NCBI RefSeq assembly: GCF_000179635.2
Contig: NC_014833.1
Location: 1,530,001 to 1,562,000, forward strand
Reading direction: 5' to 3'
DNA length: 32,000 nt
Origin: Ruminococcus albus 7 = DSM 20455
Lineage (GTDB): Bacteria > Bacillota > Clostridia > Oscillospirales > Ruminococcaceae
The notes below the pieces were generated by a model. That model was given only the letters and a program-made list of their open reading frames with translations. It was not told the origin of the DNA and searched no databases. Within the stretch, counting starts at the first letter, position 1; each line of letters begins with the position of its first letter. Below, piece by piece: positions 16,912-27,692 of this stretch. A program made the position numbers and the translations under genes.

Positions 16912-16940
16912 GAGAGGACTGTGATACAGTCCTCTTTTTT
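16912..16940 (+). terminator. Rho-independent terminator
   Basis: GAGAGGACTG tgata CAGTCCTCT followed by TTTTTT. Confidence 0.85.
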
Positions 16941-16967
16941 GTACTATAGAACGCCTTAGGAGGAATT

Positions 16968-17642
16968 ATGATATATATAACGGGAGATACTCATGGTGAA
17001 TATAATGATACGGTGAACAGATTCGCACAAATGGGGCTGAAGAAAGGTGATACAGTAATAGTGTGCGGTGATTTTGGATTCGTCGGACGCATAGGGGGAA
17101 AGCATCAGTACTATCTGAAAAAACTGGCTGCGGAGGAATACGCGATACTGTTTGTTGACGGAAATCACGAGAATTTCGATATGCTGGAAACATACCCCAT
17201 AGTAGAATACTGCGGAGGCAAGGCGCACAAGATAGCTGAGAATATATATCATCTCATGCGCGGACAGATATTCGACATTGAAGGGAAGAGGTACTTTACC
17301 TTTGGCGGTGCATATTCAATAGATAAATATATGAGAAAAGAAGGAAGAAGCTGGTGGAAGCAGGAGATCCCGACTTCGGAGGATTATAATGAGGCGGCGG
17401 ATAATCTTGAAAAGGCGGGGTATAAGGTAGATTTTGTGGTGACACATACGATACCTGATTCGATGATATACCGTATAGGTAAGAATACAGATGTACATGA
17501 TGCTGAATTGACAGGTTATTTTGAATGGCTTTACAGAAAACTGGATTTTGAAAAATGGTTCGCAGGACATTGGCATATAAACAGATGCTTTGATGATAGG
17601 TTCTATATATTATACGATGATATGATAGAGGTGGGTGGATAG
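16968..17642 (+). CDS. metallophosphoesterase (calcineurin-like phosphoesterase family)
   Basis: Motifs GDTHG, GDFGF, DGNHEN and GHWH in canonical order. AGGAGG SD. Confidence 0.85.
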   Translation: MIYITGDTHGEYNDTVNRFAQMGLKKGDTVIVCGDFGFVGRIGGKHQYYLKKLAAEEYAILFVDGNHENFDMLETYPIVEYCGGKAHKIAENIYHLMRGQIFDIEGKRYFTFGGAYSIDKYMRKEGRSWWKQEIPTSEDYNEAADNLEKAGYKVDFVVTHTIPDSMIYRIGKNTDVHDAELTGYFEWLYRKLDFEKWFAGHWHINRCFDDRFYILYDDMIEVGG

Positions 17643-17706
17643 AAGTAAAGATACAGCGCTCGTCAAAATACACATAAATTCGACAAATAGTGGAAAATGA
17701 TTTTAC

Positions 17707-17735
17707 TTGACAAAACGTGAAAATGATGCTATAAT
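17707..17735 (+). promoter_or_regulatory. rrn promoter P1
   Basis: TTGACA, 17 nt, TGcTATAAT (17730..17735). Confidence 0.75.
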
Positions 17736-17869
17736 AATTAAGCTGTCAACGAGAGAGCGAGCGAAAAGAGCGAAAAACCGCAGGAAACTTAGGGATAAGA
17801 GAACGAGCGGGGGAGTAGTTCAGAAAAAGCGAACTTGAAAAAAGGCAGAAAAAAATATCACAAAAGGTC

Positions 17870-17898
17870 TTGACAAAAGCGAGAAAATGTGATATAAT
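17870..17898 (+). promoter_or_regulatory. rrn promoter P2
   Basis: TTGACA, 17 nt, TGaTATAAT (17893..17898). A-rich upstream region. Confidence 0.75.
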
Positions 17899-17976
17899 AA
17901 AAAGTACCGCACGAGAGAAAAGTTCAATAAAAAAAGAACTGCTCAGAAAAAGCTTCAAAAAAGTTCTGAAAAAGAC

Positions 17977-18005
17977 TTGACAAACGAAGAAAAATGTGGT
18001 ATAAT
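17977..18005 (+). promoter_or_regulatory. rrn promoter P3
   Basis: TTGACA, 17 nt, TGgTATAAT (18000..18005). A-rich upstream region. Confidence 0.75.
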
Positions 18006-18078
18006 AGAAAAGCTTATAACACACAAAAATCTCTAAAAAAGAGATGAAAAAAATCTTCAAAAAACTTCTGAAAAGGGG

Positions 18079-18107
18079 TTGACAAATGAAGAAAAGTGTG
18101 GTATAAT
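18079..18107 (+). promoter_or_regulatory. rrn promoter P4
   Basis: TTGACA, 17 nt, TGgTATAAT (18102..18107). Confidence 0.75.
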
Positions 18108-18321
18108 AAATGAGTTGTCTGACAAAAGACAGACAACGAAAAGGCATCTTGAAAATTGAACAACCAAGAATACGAAAACCCTTGAAAATACTTTGAGTGA
18201 TTGAGGTATTAACGATGAATGAATTCATCGAAGTCAAGTACAAGACTAAGAAAATGTACAAACGTTCAGTGAAACGAAACTGAGATCATAATTACTCTGA
18301 GAAGAGTATTAGGATACAACT

Positions 18322-19834
<1,513 letters not shown>

Positions 19835-19957
19835 TGGAGAACCGAAGTTTAAAAAACTTCAAAAAAATCTCCGGTCAGCAAGTGGTGGAAACAGCTGGTT
19901 GTTCAATTTTGAGGATGCCGCAAGGTATCTTTAAAAGAGCATAAGAGTCCCTTAAAC

Positions 19958-20033
19958 GGGGGTGTAGCTCAGCTGGGAGAGCACCTGCTTTGCAAGCAGG
20001 GGGTCAGGAGTTCGATCCTCCTCATCTCCACCA
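19958..20033 (+). tRNA. tRNA-Ala (anticodon UGC)
   Basis: GGGGGTGTAGCTCAG...CTTTGCAAG...TTCGATC...CTCCACCA. G3-U70 identity pair present. CCA encoded. Confidence 0.95.
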
Positions 20034-20112
20034 TGGGACGAGGACGCAATCACACAGCTGAACTGAGACGAGAACTAAAACTCGTTGCCAAAACATCGCT
20101 TTAGCGATTTTT

Positions 20113-20186
<74 letters not shown>

Positions 20187-20328
20187 CTGAGGACAAAAGT
20201 CCTCTGACAGTAACTTGAAAATTGAATAATGAAGCAATATTAAAAGTAATGCAAATGAGGAAAACGACTAAAAGAAATTAGTCGGGAAAACTACAATCAG
20301 CATAACATTAAGGATAACATAATTCTAA

Positions 20329-23166
<2,838 letters not shown>

Positions 23167-23231
23167 ATTATGTTAATCCTTAAATTACCCTTCATTATTC
23201 AATTTTGAGGTTACTGTTACCTCTAATTTAT

Positions 23232-23349
23232 AGTCGGTGATCATTGAGATGAGGTCACACCTGTTCCCATGCCGAACACAGAAGTTAAGCTCATCTTCGC
23301 TGAAAATACTCGGCGGGCGACCGCCCGGGAAAATAAGTTGTCGCCGGCT
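23232..23349 (+). rRNA. rrf: 5S ribosomal RNA
   Basis: AGTCGGTGA...CACCTGTTCCCATGCCGAACACAGAAGTTAAGC...TCGCCGGCT, with the terminal helix pairing the 5' and 3' ends. Confidence 0.93.
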
Positions 23350-23383
23350 CTCCCAAAACACTCTTCGGAGTGTTTTGGTCTAT

Positions 23384-23456
23384 GCACCATTAGCTCAGAT
23401 GGTAGAGCAACTGACTCTTAATCAGTGGGTCCTGGGTTCGAGTCCCCGATGGTGCA
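23384..23456 (+). tRNA. tRNA-Lys (anticodon CUU)
   Basis: GCACCATTAGCTCAGATGGTAGAGC, anticodon loop CTCTTAA, TTCGAGT T-loop. One U-C mismatch in the T-stem. Confidence 0.85.
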
Positions 23457-23483
23457 CTTTATAACGCTGAAAACCAGCGTCAA

Positions 23484-23555
23484 GGCCCGTTGGTCAAGCG
23501 GTTAAGACTCCGGCCTCTCACGCCGGCGACGGGAGTTCGATTCTCCCACGGGTCA
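23484..23555 (+). tRNA. tRNA-Glu (anticodon CUC)
   Basis: GGCCCGTTGGTCAAGCGGTTAAGAC, anticodon loop CTCTCAC, GGGAG TTCGATT CTCCC T-arm. Confidence 0.9.
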
Positions 23556-23568
23556 TATTTCCCAAGAC

Positions 23569-23599
23569 CGCAAGCTGTTTCTTCAGTTTGCGTTTTTTT
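23569..23599 (+). terminator. terminator-like hairpin between tRNA-Glu and tRNA-Met
   Basis: CGCAAGCTG tttctt CAGTTTGCG (9 bp, one G-U pair) followed by TTTTTTT. Confidence 0.55.
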
Positions 23600-23605
23600 G
23601 TACAT

Positions 23606-23679
23606 GGACCATTAGCTCAGTTGGTCAGAGCAACCGGCTCATAACCGGTGGGTCCGGGGTTCGAGTCCCTGATGGTCCA
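23606..23679 (+). tRNA. tRNA with CAU anticodon (elongator Met; lysidine-type Ile2 not excluded)
   Basis: GGACCATTAGCTCAGTTGGTCAGAGC, anticodon loop CTCATAA. No initiator features: no three G-C pairs in the anticodon stem and no C1-A72 mismatch. Confidence 0.88.
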
Positions 23680-23689
23680 TTTCTTTTTT

Positions 23690-23762
23690 AGGGGTATAGC
23701 TCAGCTGGTAGAGCAGCGGTCTCCAAAACCGCGTGTCCCGAGTTCGATCCTTGGTGCCCCTG
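23690..23762 (+). tRNA. tRNA-Trp (anticodon CCA)
   Basis: AGGGGTATAGCTCAGCTGGTAGAGC, anticodon loop CTCCAAA, TTCGATC T-loop. Confidence 0.9.
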
Positions 23763-23768
23763 CTATCT

Positions 23769-23803
23769 CCGTGAGGGAAGAAATTCCCTTGCGGGGGCTT
23801 TTC
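23769..23803 (+). terminator. terminator of the rrn-tRNA operon
   Basis: CCGTGAGGGAA gaaa TTCCCTTGCGG. The two G-U pairs are only valid on the plus strand. GGGCTTTTC follows. Confidence 0.6.
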
Positions 23804-23805
23804 AT

Positions 23806-24544
23806 ATATAAAGTGTGTCTATAGACACAGTGTATGCAATTCACTTGCTGGCACAAGTCCATTGATCTCAGTGAATTTGTGCCAACAAGCGGTACTTGCT
23901 ATACCAGCCTGTTGGTTTATTTATAACCGCTGTAGGATAGCGGAAATAATTTTGTGGATTGCCTTGAAAGTTTTCCTTTTGACGCAGATCAGTTAGATCA
24001 CCTAGTCATCAGTGTATTCTGAGGAGTGACAAACTCTTTTAGCAAATACACCTTGCTGTCGGCTGCGCCCTTTGCATAGTCGATACAGACCATGACTTCC
24101 CGATTACCTCCCCGGTAGCTCACACCACAGTGTTTATACTCGCTGCACTTACTGTCACTAAGTGGTCACGGCGCACATTGAGGTAGCTGCCATAAGGCAG
24201 GTTTGCAAATGCAAACTGTTACAATGCAGCTGAAATCTTTCAGCAGTTATTGAGGTCTCGTCGTGGTTGCTTTCTCTCTCTGGCTATTCAGTTCAACTGG
24301 AGTCAGCCGTAGGATCCGTAAGTCTTACGGGAAAAAAGAAAAGAGTTCTCAGCACTACTCACAAAAGCATACTGAAAACTCCTTGACAAATATATCAAAA
24401 CCATGCTATAATATACAACATGGACATTGATGCACTCATCTGTAAAAGTCTCACATCTGCTTTCTGAGAGCATTTGTGCTGATGGCTTACTTGAATTGGC
24501 GTTCATTTAAGCCACAGGTGGGTGTTTTGTTGTTCGCACTCACT
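23806..24544 (-). ncRNA. candidate large structured non-coding RNA (unassigned; strand inferred only from the promoter)
   Basis: The six-frame track has no ORF of 60 aa or more on either strand from 23465 to 24302. A consensus minus-strand promoter at 24551..24579 fires into the region. There are many local helices; see findings. Confidence 0.3.
24383..24412 (+). promoter_or_regulatory. consensus promoter facing the minus-strand promoter at 24551..24579
   Basis: TTGACA (24383..24388), 18 nt, TGcTATAAT (TATAAT 24407..24412). Confidence 0.6.
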
Positions 24545-24550
24545 GTATGT

Positions 24551-24579
24551 ATTATAGCACATCGTTTTTTATTTGTCAA
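24551..24579 (-). promoter_or_regulatory. consensus promoter directed into the ORF-free region
   Basis: On the minus strand: TTGACA (24579..24574), 17 nt, TGcTATAAT (24559..24551). Confidence 0.65.
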
Positions 24580-24676
24580 GCCTTTTTTAAAAATAATTTT
24601 GAATAAATTTTAATTTGTTTATTCTTTTTCTCACGGATATATATTGATATATCGTATATATTTTGAATATTATAGA

Positions 24677-24705
24677 TTGACGAATTATCCTCTTTTTGGT
24701 ATTAT
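24677..24705 (+). promoter_or_regulatory. promoter of the integrase gene
   Basis: TTGACG (24677..24682), 17 nt, TGgTATTAT (24700..24705). Confidence 0.55.
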
Positions 24706-24755
24706 AGTTCTTGTGCTTTTGCATACAGGAATATATACTTTGGAGGATATTTTTA

Positions 24756-25632
24756 ATGTTATTCGAGAAACAGAACAACAACACAGTCGAGGAGTACATG
24801 ACAAAATGGCTTATTAATACTAAACGCCCATCATTAAAGCGTTCTTCGTATGATAGGGTAGAACAAAGTCTAAATTATCAGATCTTCCCGGCTATAGGCA
24901 AAATAAAGTTAAAGAAACTGACTGCTGATGATATTCAAATGATGTTGAACAATCTTTCAGAACGTTCTTCTTATAGTACAACTAAAAAAGCATACGTTAA
25001 TCTGAAGAGTTGTCTTGATCTTGCGGTTTTAAAAGGGGATATAAAGAAGAATCCTATACTTTCGGTTGTTCTTCCCAAAAATAATAAATCTGATGAAACG
25101 GTAGTATATTACTCTCCCGAACAGGCGAGGGCGATTGCTGCCGAAGCTATTTCAACTTATAATAATGGCAGTTTTAAGTATAGGTACGGTTATTTCATCG
25201 TGTTTATGCTAAATACCGGTCTGCGTGTTGGGGAGGCTCTTGCACTTAGTTGGTCTGATGTAGATTTTACAAATAAAATAGTTTACGTACATAACAGCGT
25301 TTCGTCGGTAAAAACAAGAGGGGACAGCAGCATGAAGTATGAAAAGATAGTAAATTCTCCCAAATCACGAAATTCTGTTCGTTATGTTCCACTCAATAAA
25401 ACAGCACTTGATGCTTTAGTAAAGATACACGCTATAATGGGTGATAATGATAGGATAGTTGCCACGGAGAATGGTCTGTTAGTTGATCCAAGCGCTATTC
25501 ATCGCACTATGTCGCGAGTCCTTAAAAACTGCGGAATCAACGGTAAGAAAGACATTGTTCACGCTCTACGCCATACATTCGCAACGCTATTGCTCAGACA
25601 AGGGACTGATATTAAGGTCGTTTCCGAATCCT
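24756..25632 (+). pseudogene. int: tyrosine recombinase / phage-type integrase, 5' part (interrupted by IS256-family element)
   Basis: GGAGG SD and ATG at 24756. Contains an N-terminal SAM-like domain, the Arg box GLRVGEALAL and the HALRHTFAT box. The reading frame is cut at 25632 by the IS end. Confidence 0.88.
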
Positions 25633-27081
25633 GAGTCTATCCTAAAATTTGTGTAAACCTCTGAAGTAGTGTATAATAGAAGAGACACTACTTTGGAGGT
25701 TTTAATTATGAGCAGAAGACGAAGAAATGAAACAGAAGAGCAGCGAGCAAGAAGAGAGCTAATAAGTGATTTTCTTTCGGCAGCGAATATTCAGAGCATG
25801 GACGATATTCAGGAACTTTTCAAGGAGGCACTTGCCGGATTTATGGAAGGTAGCCTTGAATCAGAGCTTGATTCCGAGCTTGGATACGAGCCGTATGACG
25901 TTAAGAACAAGGCTACCGACAACAGTCGTAACGGTCACAGCAAGAAAACTCTTCGTACCAGTATGGGTAAGGTTGATATTGAAGTTCCTCGTGACAGAAA
26001 CGGCGAATTCGAGCCTAAGATACTGCCCAAGAATCAGACAAGCATATCTCAGGATATGGAGAACAAGATCATCTCAATGTATGCCAAAGGTATGTCAACG
26101 TCTGATATTGAGGATCATATTCGTGACATTTACGGTCTTGAGATATCCGATACTACTGTCAGCCGCATAACCGATAAAGTGCTTCCCGCAGCCAAGGAAT
26201 GGCAGCAAAGACCACTTGAAAGCATCTATGCAGTCGTATTTCTTGATGCTATCCACTACCACGTTCGCAGCGAGGGACAGATCATCAAAAAGGCTGTCTA
26301 CATAGCGATAGGCGTTAATATGGACGGCAGGAAGGACGTTCTCGGTATGTGGGTAGGCGAAAATGAAAGTGCCAAATTCTGGGCAGGCGTTCTGAATAGT
26401 CTGCGTAACAGAGGCGTTGATGATATTCTTATCGCCTGCACTGATAACCTGACAGGTTTTTCTCAGGCGATAGAGGCTGTATTTCCGAAAACTGATATCC
26501 AGAACTGTATCATTCATCAGCTCAGGAATTCAAGCAAATATGTCTCCTACAAGGATATCAAGGCGCTTATGACCGACCTGAAAAAGGTCTATACTGCCGC
26601 CACTGAAGAAGCTGCTCTGGACGCTCTGGACGAATTTGCCGCTGTCTGGGACAGCAAATATCCCAAGATCTCAAAGTCATGGTACGAAAACTGGCCTAAT
26701 CTCAGCACATATTTCAAGTTCCCGCAGGAGCTTCGGAAGCTGATCTATACCACCAATGCAATCGAAGGATTCAACCGTCAGCTTAGGAAAGTGACCAAAA
26801 CAAAATCCGTATTTCCTACAGATGACAGCCTTTTCAAGATGCTGTATCTGGCTATGAAGGACATCACGAAAAAGTGGACTGGGCGTCGTCAGGACTGGAG
26901 CAGTATCTATGCTCAGCTTGTGATCTATTACGGAGACAGAATACCCGAATAATACTTTTATCTTGACAATCATATAATCATGTGCTAATATGCTGATAAG
27001 ACCGACTGCTTTCACAATCGGTCTCATCATACACTTTTCTATTGCACTATTTTGCGTTTACACAGAATTTGGGATTGACTC
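25633..27081 (+). mobile_element. IS256-family insertion sequence (1449 bp)
   Basis: Imperfect 26-bp terminal inverted repeats match at 21/26 positions: GAGTCTATCCTAAAATTTGTGTAAAC (left) and GAGTCAATCCCAAATTCTGTGTAAAC (right, reverse complement). The flanks are GAATCCT and GAAATCCT, a near-identical target duplication. One transposase gene inside. Confidence 0.9.
25708..26952 (+). CDS. IS256-family (Mutator-like) transposase
   Basis: 414 aa from the ATG after GGAGG. Contains the family-typical block NSRNGHSKKTLRTSMGKVDIEVPRDRNGEFEPKILPK and DDE-region blocks. Confidence 0.92.
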   Translation: MSRRRRNETEEQRARRELISDFLSAANIQSMDDIQELFKEALAGFMEGSLESELDSELGYEPYDVKNKATDNSRNGHSKKTLRTSMGKVDIEVPRDRNGEFEPKILPKNQTSISQDMENKIISMYAKGMSTSDIEDHIRDIYGLEISDTTVSRITDKVLPAAKEWQQRPLESIYAVVFLDAIHYHVRSEGQIIKKAVYIAIGVNMDGRKDVLGMWVGENESAKFWAGVLNSLRNRGVDDILIACTDNLTGFSQAIEAVFPKTDIQNCIIHQLRNSSKYVSYKDIKALMTDLKKVYTAATEEAALDALDEFAAVWDSKYPKISKSWYENWPNLSTYFKFPQELRKLIYTTNAIEGFNRQLRKVTKTKSVFPTDDSLFKMLYLAMKDITKKWTGRRQDWSSIYAQLVIYYGDRIPE

Positions 27082-27186
27082 GAAATCCTAGGGCATTCTG
27101 ACATTTCGATAACGATGAAGTTCTATTATCATGTTATAGAGGAACAGAAAAAGACTGCTATGACAAAGCTTGATGAGATTTATTAA
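27082..27186 (+). pseudogene. int: integrase 3' fragment (catalytic Tyr region)
   Basis: Translates to EILGHSDISITMKFYYHVIEEQKKTAMTKLDEIY*. It continues ...DIKVVSE from 25632 and carries the LGHS...Y motif of tyrosine recombinases. Confidence 0.85.
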
Positions 27187-27215
27187 AGTGTGTTGTCTTT
27201 AGACATAGTTTGATT

Positions 27216-27254
27216 TTCCCCTTCTCGATTTATTCTAGTGGGGAATTTTATTTG
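27216..27254 (+). terminator. weak terminator-like hairpin after int
   Basis: TTCCCC / GGGGAA stem with an 18-nt loop, followed by TTTTATTT. Confidence 0.3.
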
Positions 27255-27364
27255 TATTCTTTATAAAAAGCTTAAAACCTTTTATTGTTTTGTTAATTCT
27301 ATACCTTATCTTTTGTGAAAATGGTAGAAATTATTCGTCTGATTTTCTAATATAGTTAATAATA

Positions 27365-27393
27365 TTGACAATGAATCAATAAAAAGGTATAAT
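27365..27393 (+). promoter_or_regulatory. consensus promoter for the c-di-GMP riboswitch transcript
   Basis: TTGACA (27365..27370), 17 nt, TATAAT (27388..27393). Confidence 0.7.
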
Positions 27394-27407
27394 ATAATTA
27401 ATAGTAA

Positions 27408-27480
27408 AAAAGCAAAACTACTGAAAAGCAGTGACGCAAAGCCAAGGGTCTAAGCCGAAAGGTATGACAGCCGGTTGCCA
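27408..27480 (+). promoter_or_regulatory. c-di-GMP-I (GEMM-I) riboswitch aptamer
   Basis: Sequence is GCAAAAC-CUACU GAAA AGCAG-UG-ACGCAAAGCC-AAGGGUCUAAGCC GAAA GGUAUGAC-AGCCGGUUGCC. The conserved GCAAA and ACGCAAAGCC blocks are present. There is a GAAA tetraloop hairpin (27418..27431), an 11-nt-type tetraloop receptor (CUAAG 27450..27454 / UAUG 27463..27466) and the 3' AGCCGGUUGCC block. Confidence 0.85.
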
Positions 27481-27511
27481 TGCAGTTGTGCATGAAAAAT
27501 GGTTGACAGTT

Positions 27512-27540
27512 AAGCAATGCGTTGTCGCATTGCTTTTTTG
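27512..27540 (+). terminator. riboswitch expression-platform terminator
   Basis: AAGCAATGCG ttgt CGCATTGCTT followed by TTTT. Confidence 0.85.
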
Positions 27541-27692
27541 TTTATGTAAAAAAGGAGGTCGGTCTTATTATGTTGAAGAAAAGGTTTTTTTCATTTGTTT
27601 TGACTTCTGCTTTTACTTCTATATACAGCGTCTTCTAAGAAATCAAAGACAGAATAAAAAGACAAGTAAATACAAAGGACGGAGGAATGACT

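Noticed and set aside
17746-18261. 171-aa minus-strand ORF; I also briefly considered the ~100-160 bp periodic repeats here as a CRISPR-like array
   Set aside because: The repeats are four tandem rrn promoters (TTGACA-17-TATAAT) with A-rich upstream elements. The ORF is a by-product of the T-rich complementary strand.
24303-24506. 67-aa minus-strand ORF within the ORF-free region, considered as a possible type I toxin because of the hydrophobic stretch VHVVYYSMVLIYL
   Set aside because: It has no SD and it crosses the plus-strand consensus promoter. Evidence is insufficient. It is kept only as context for the convergent-promoter finding.
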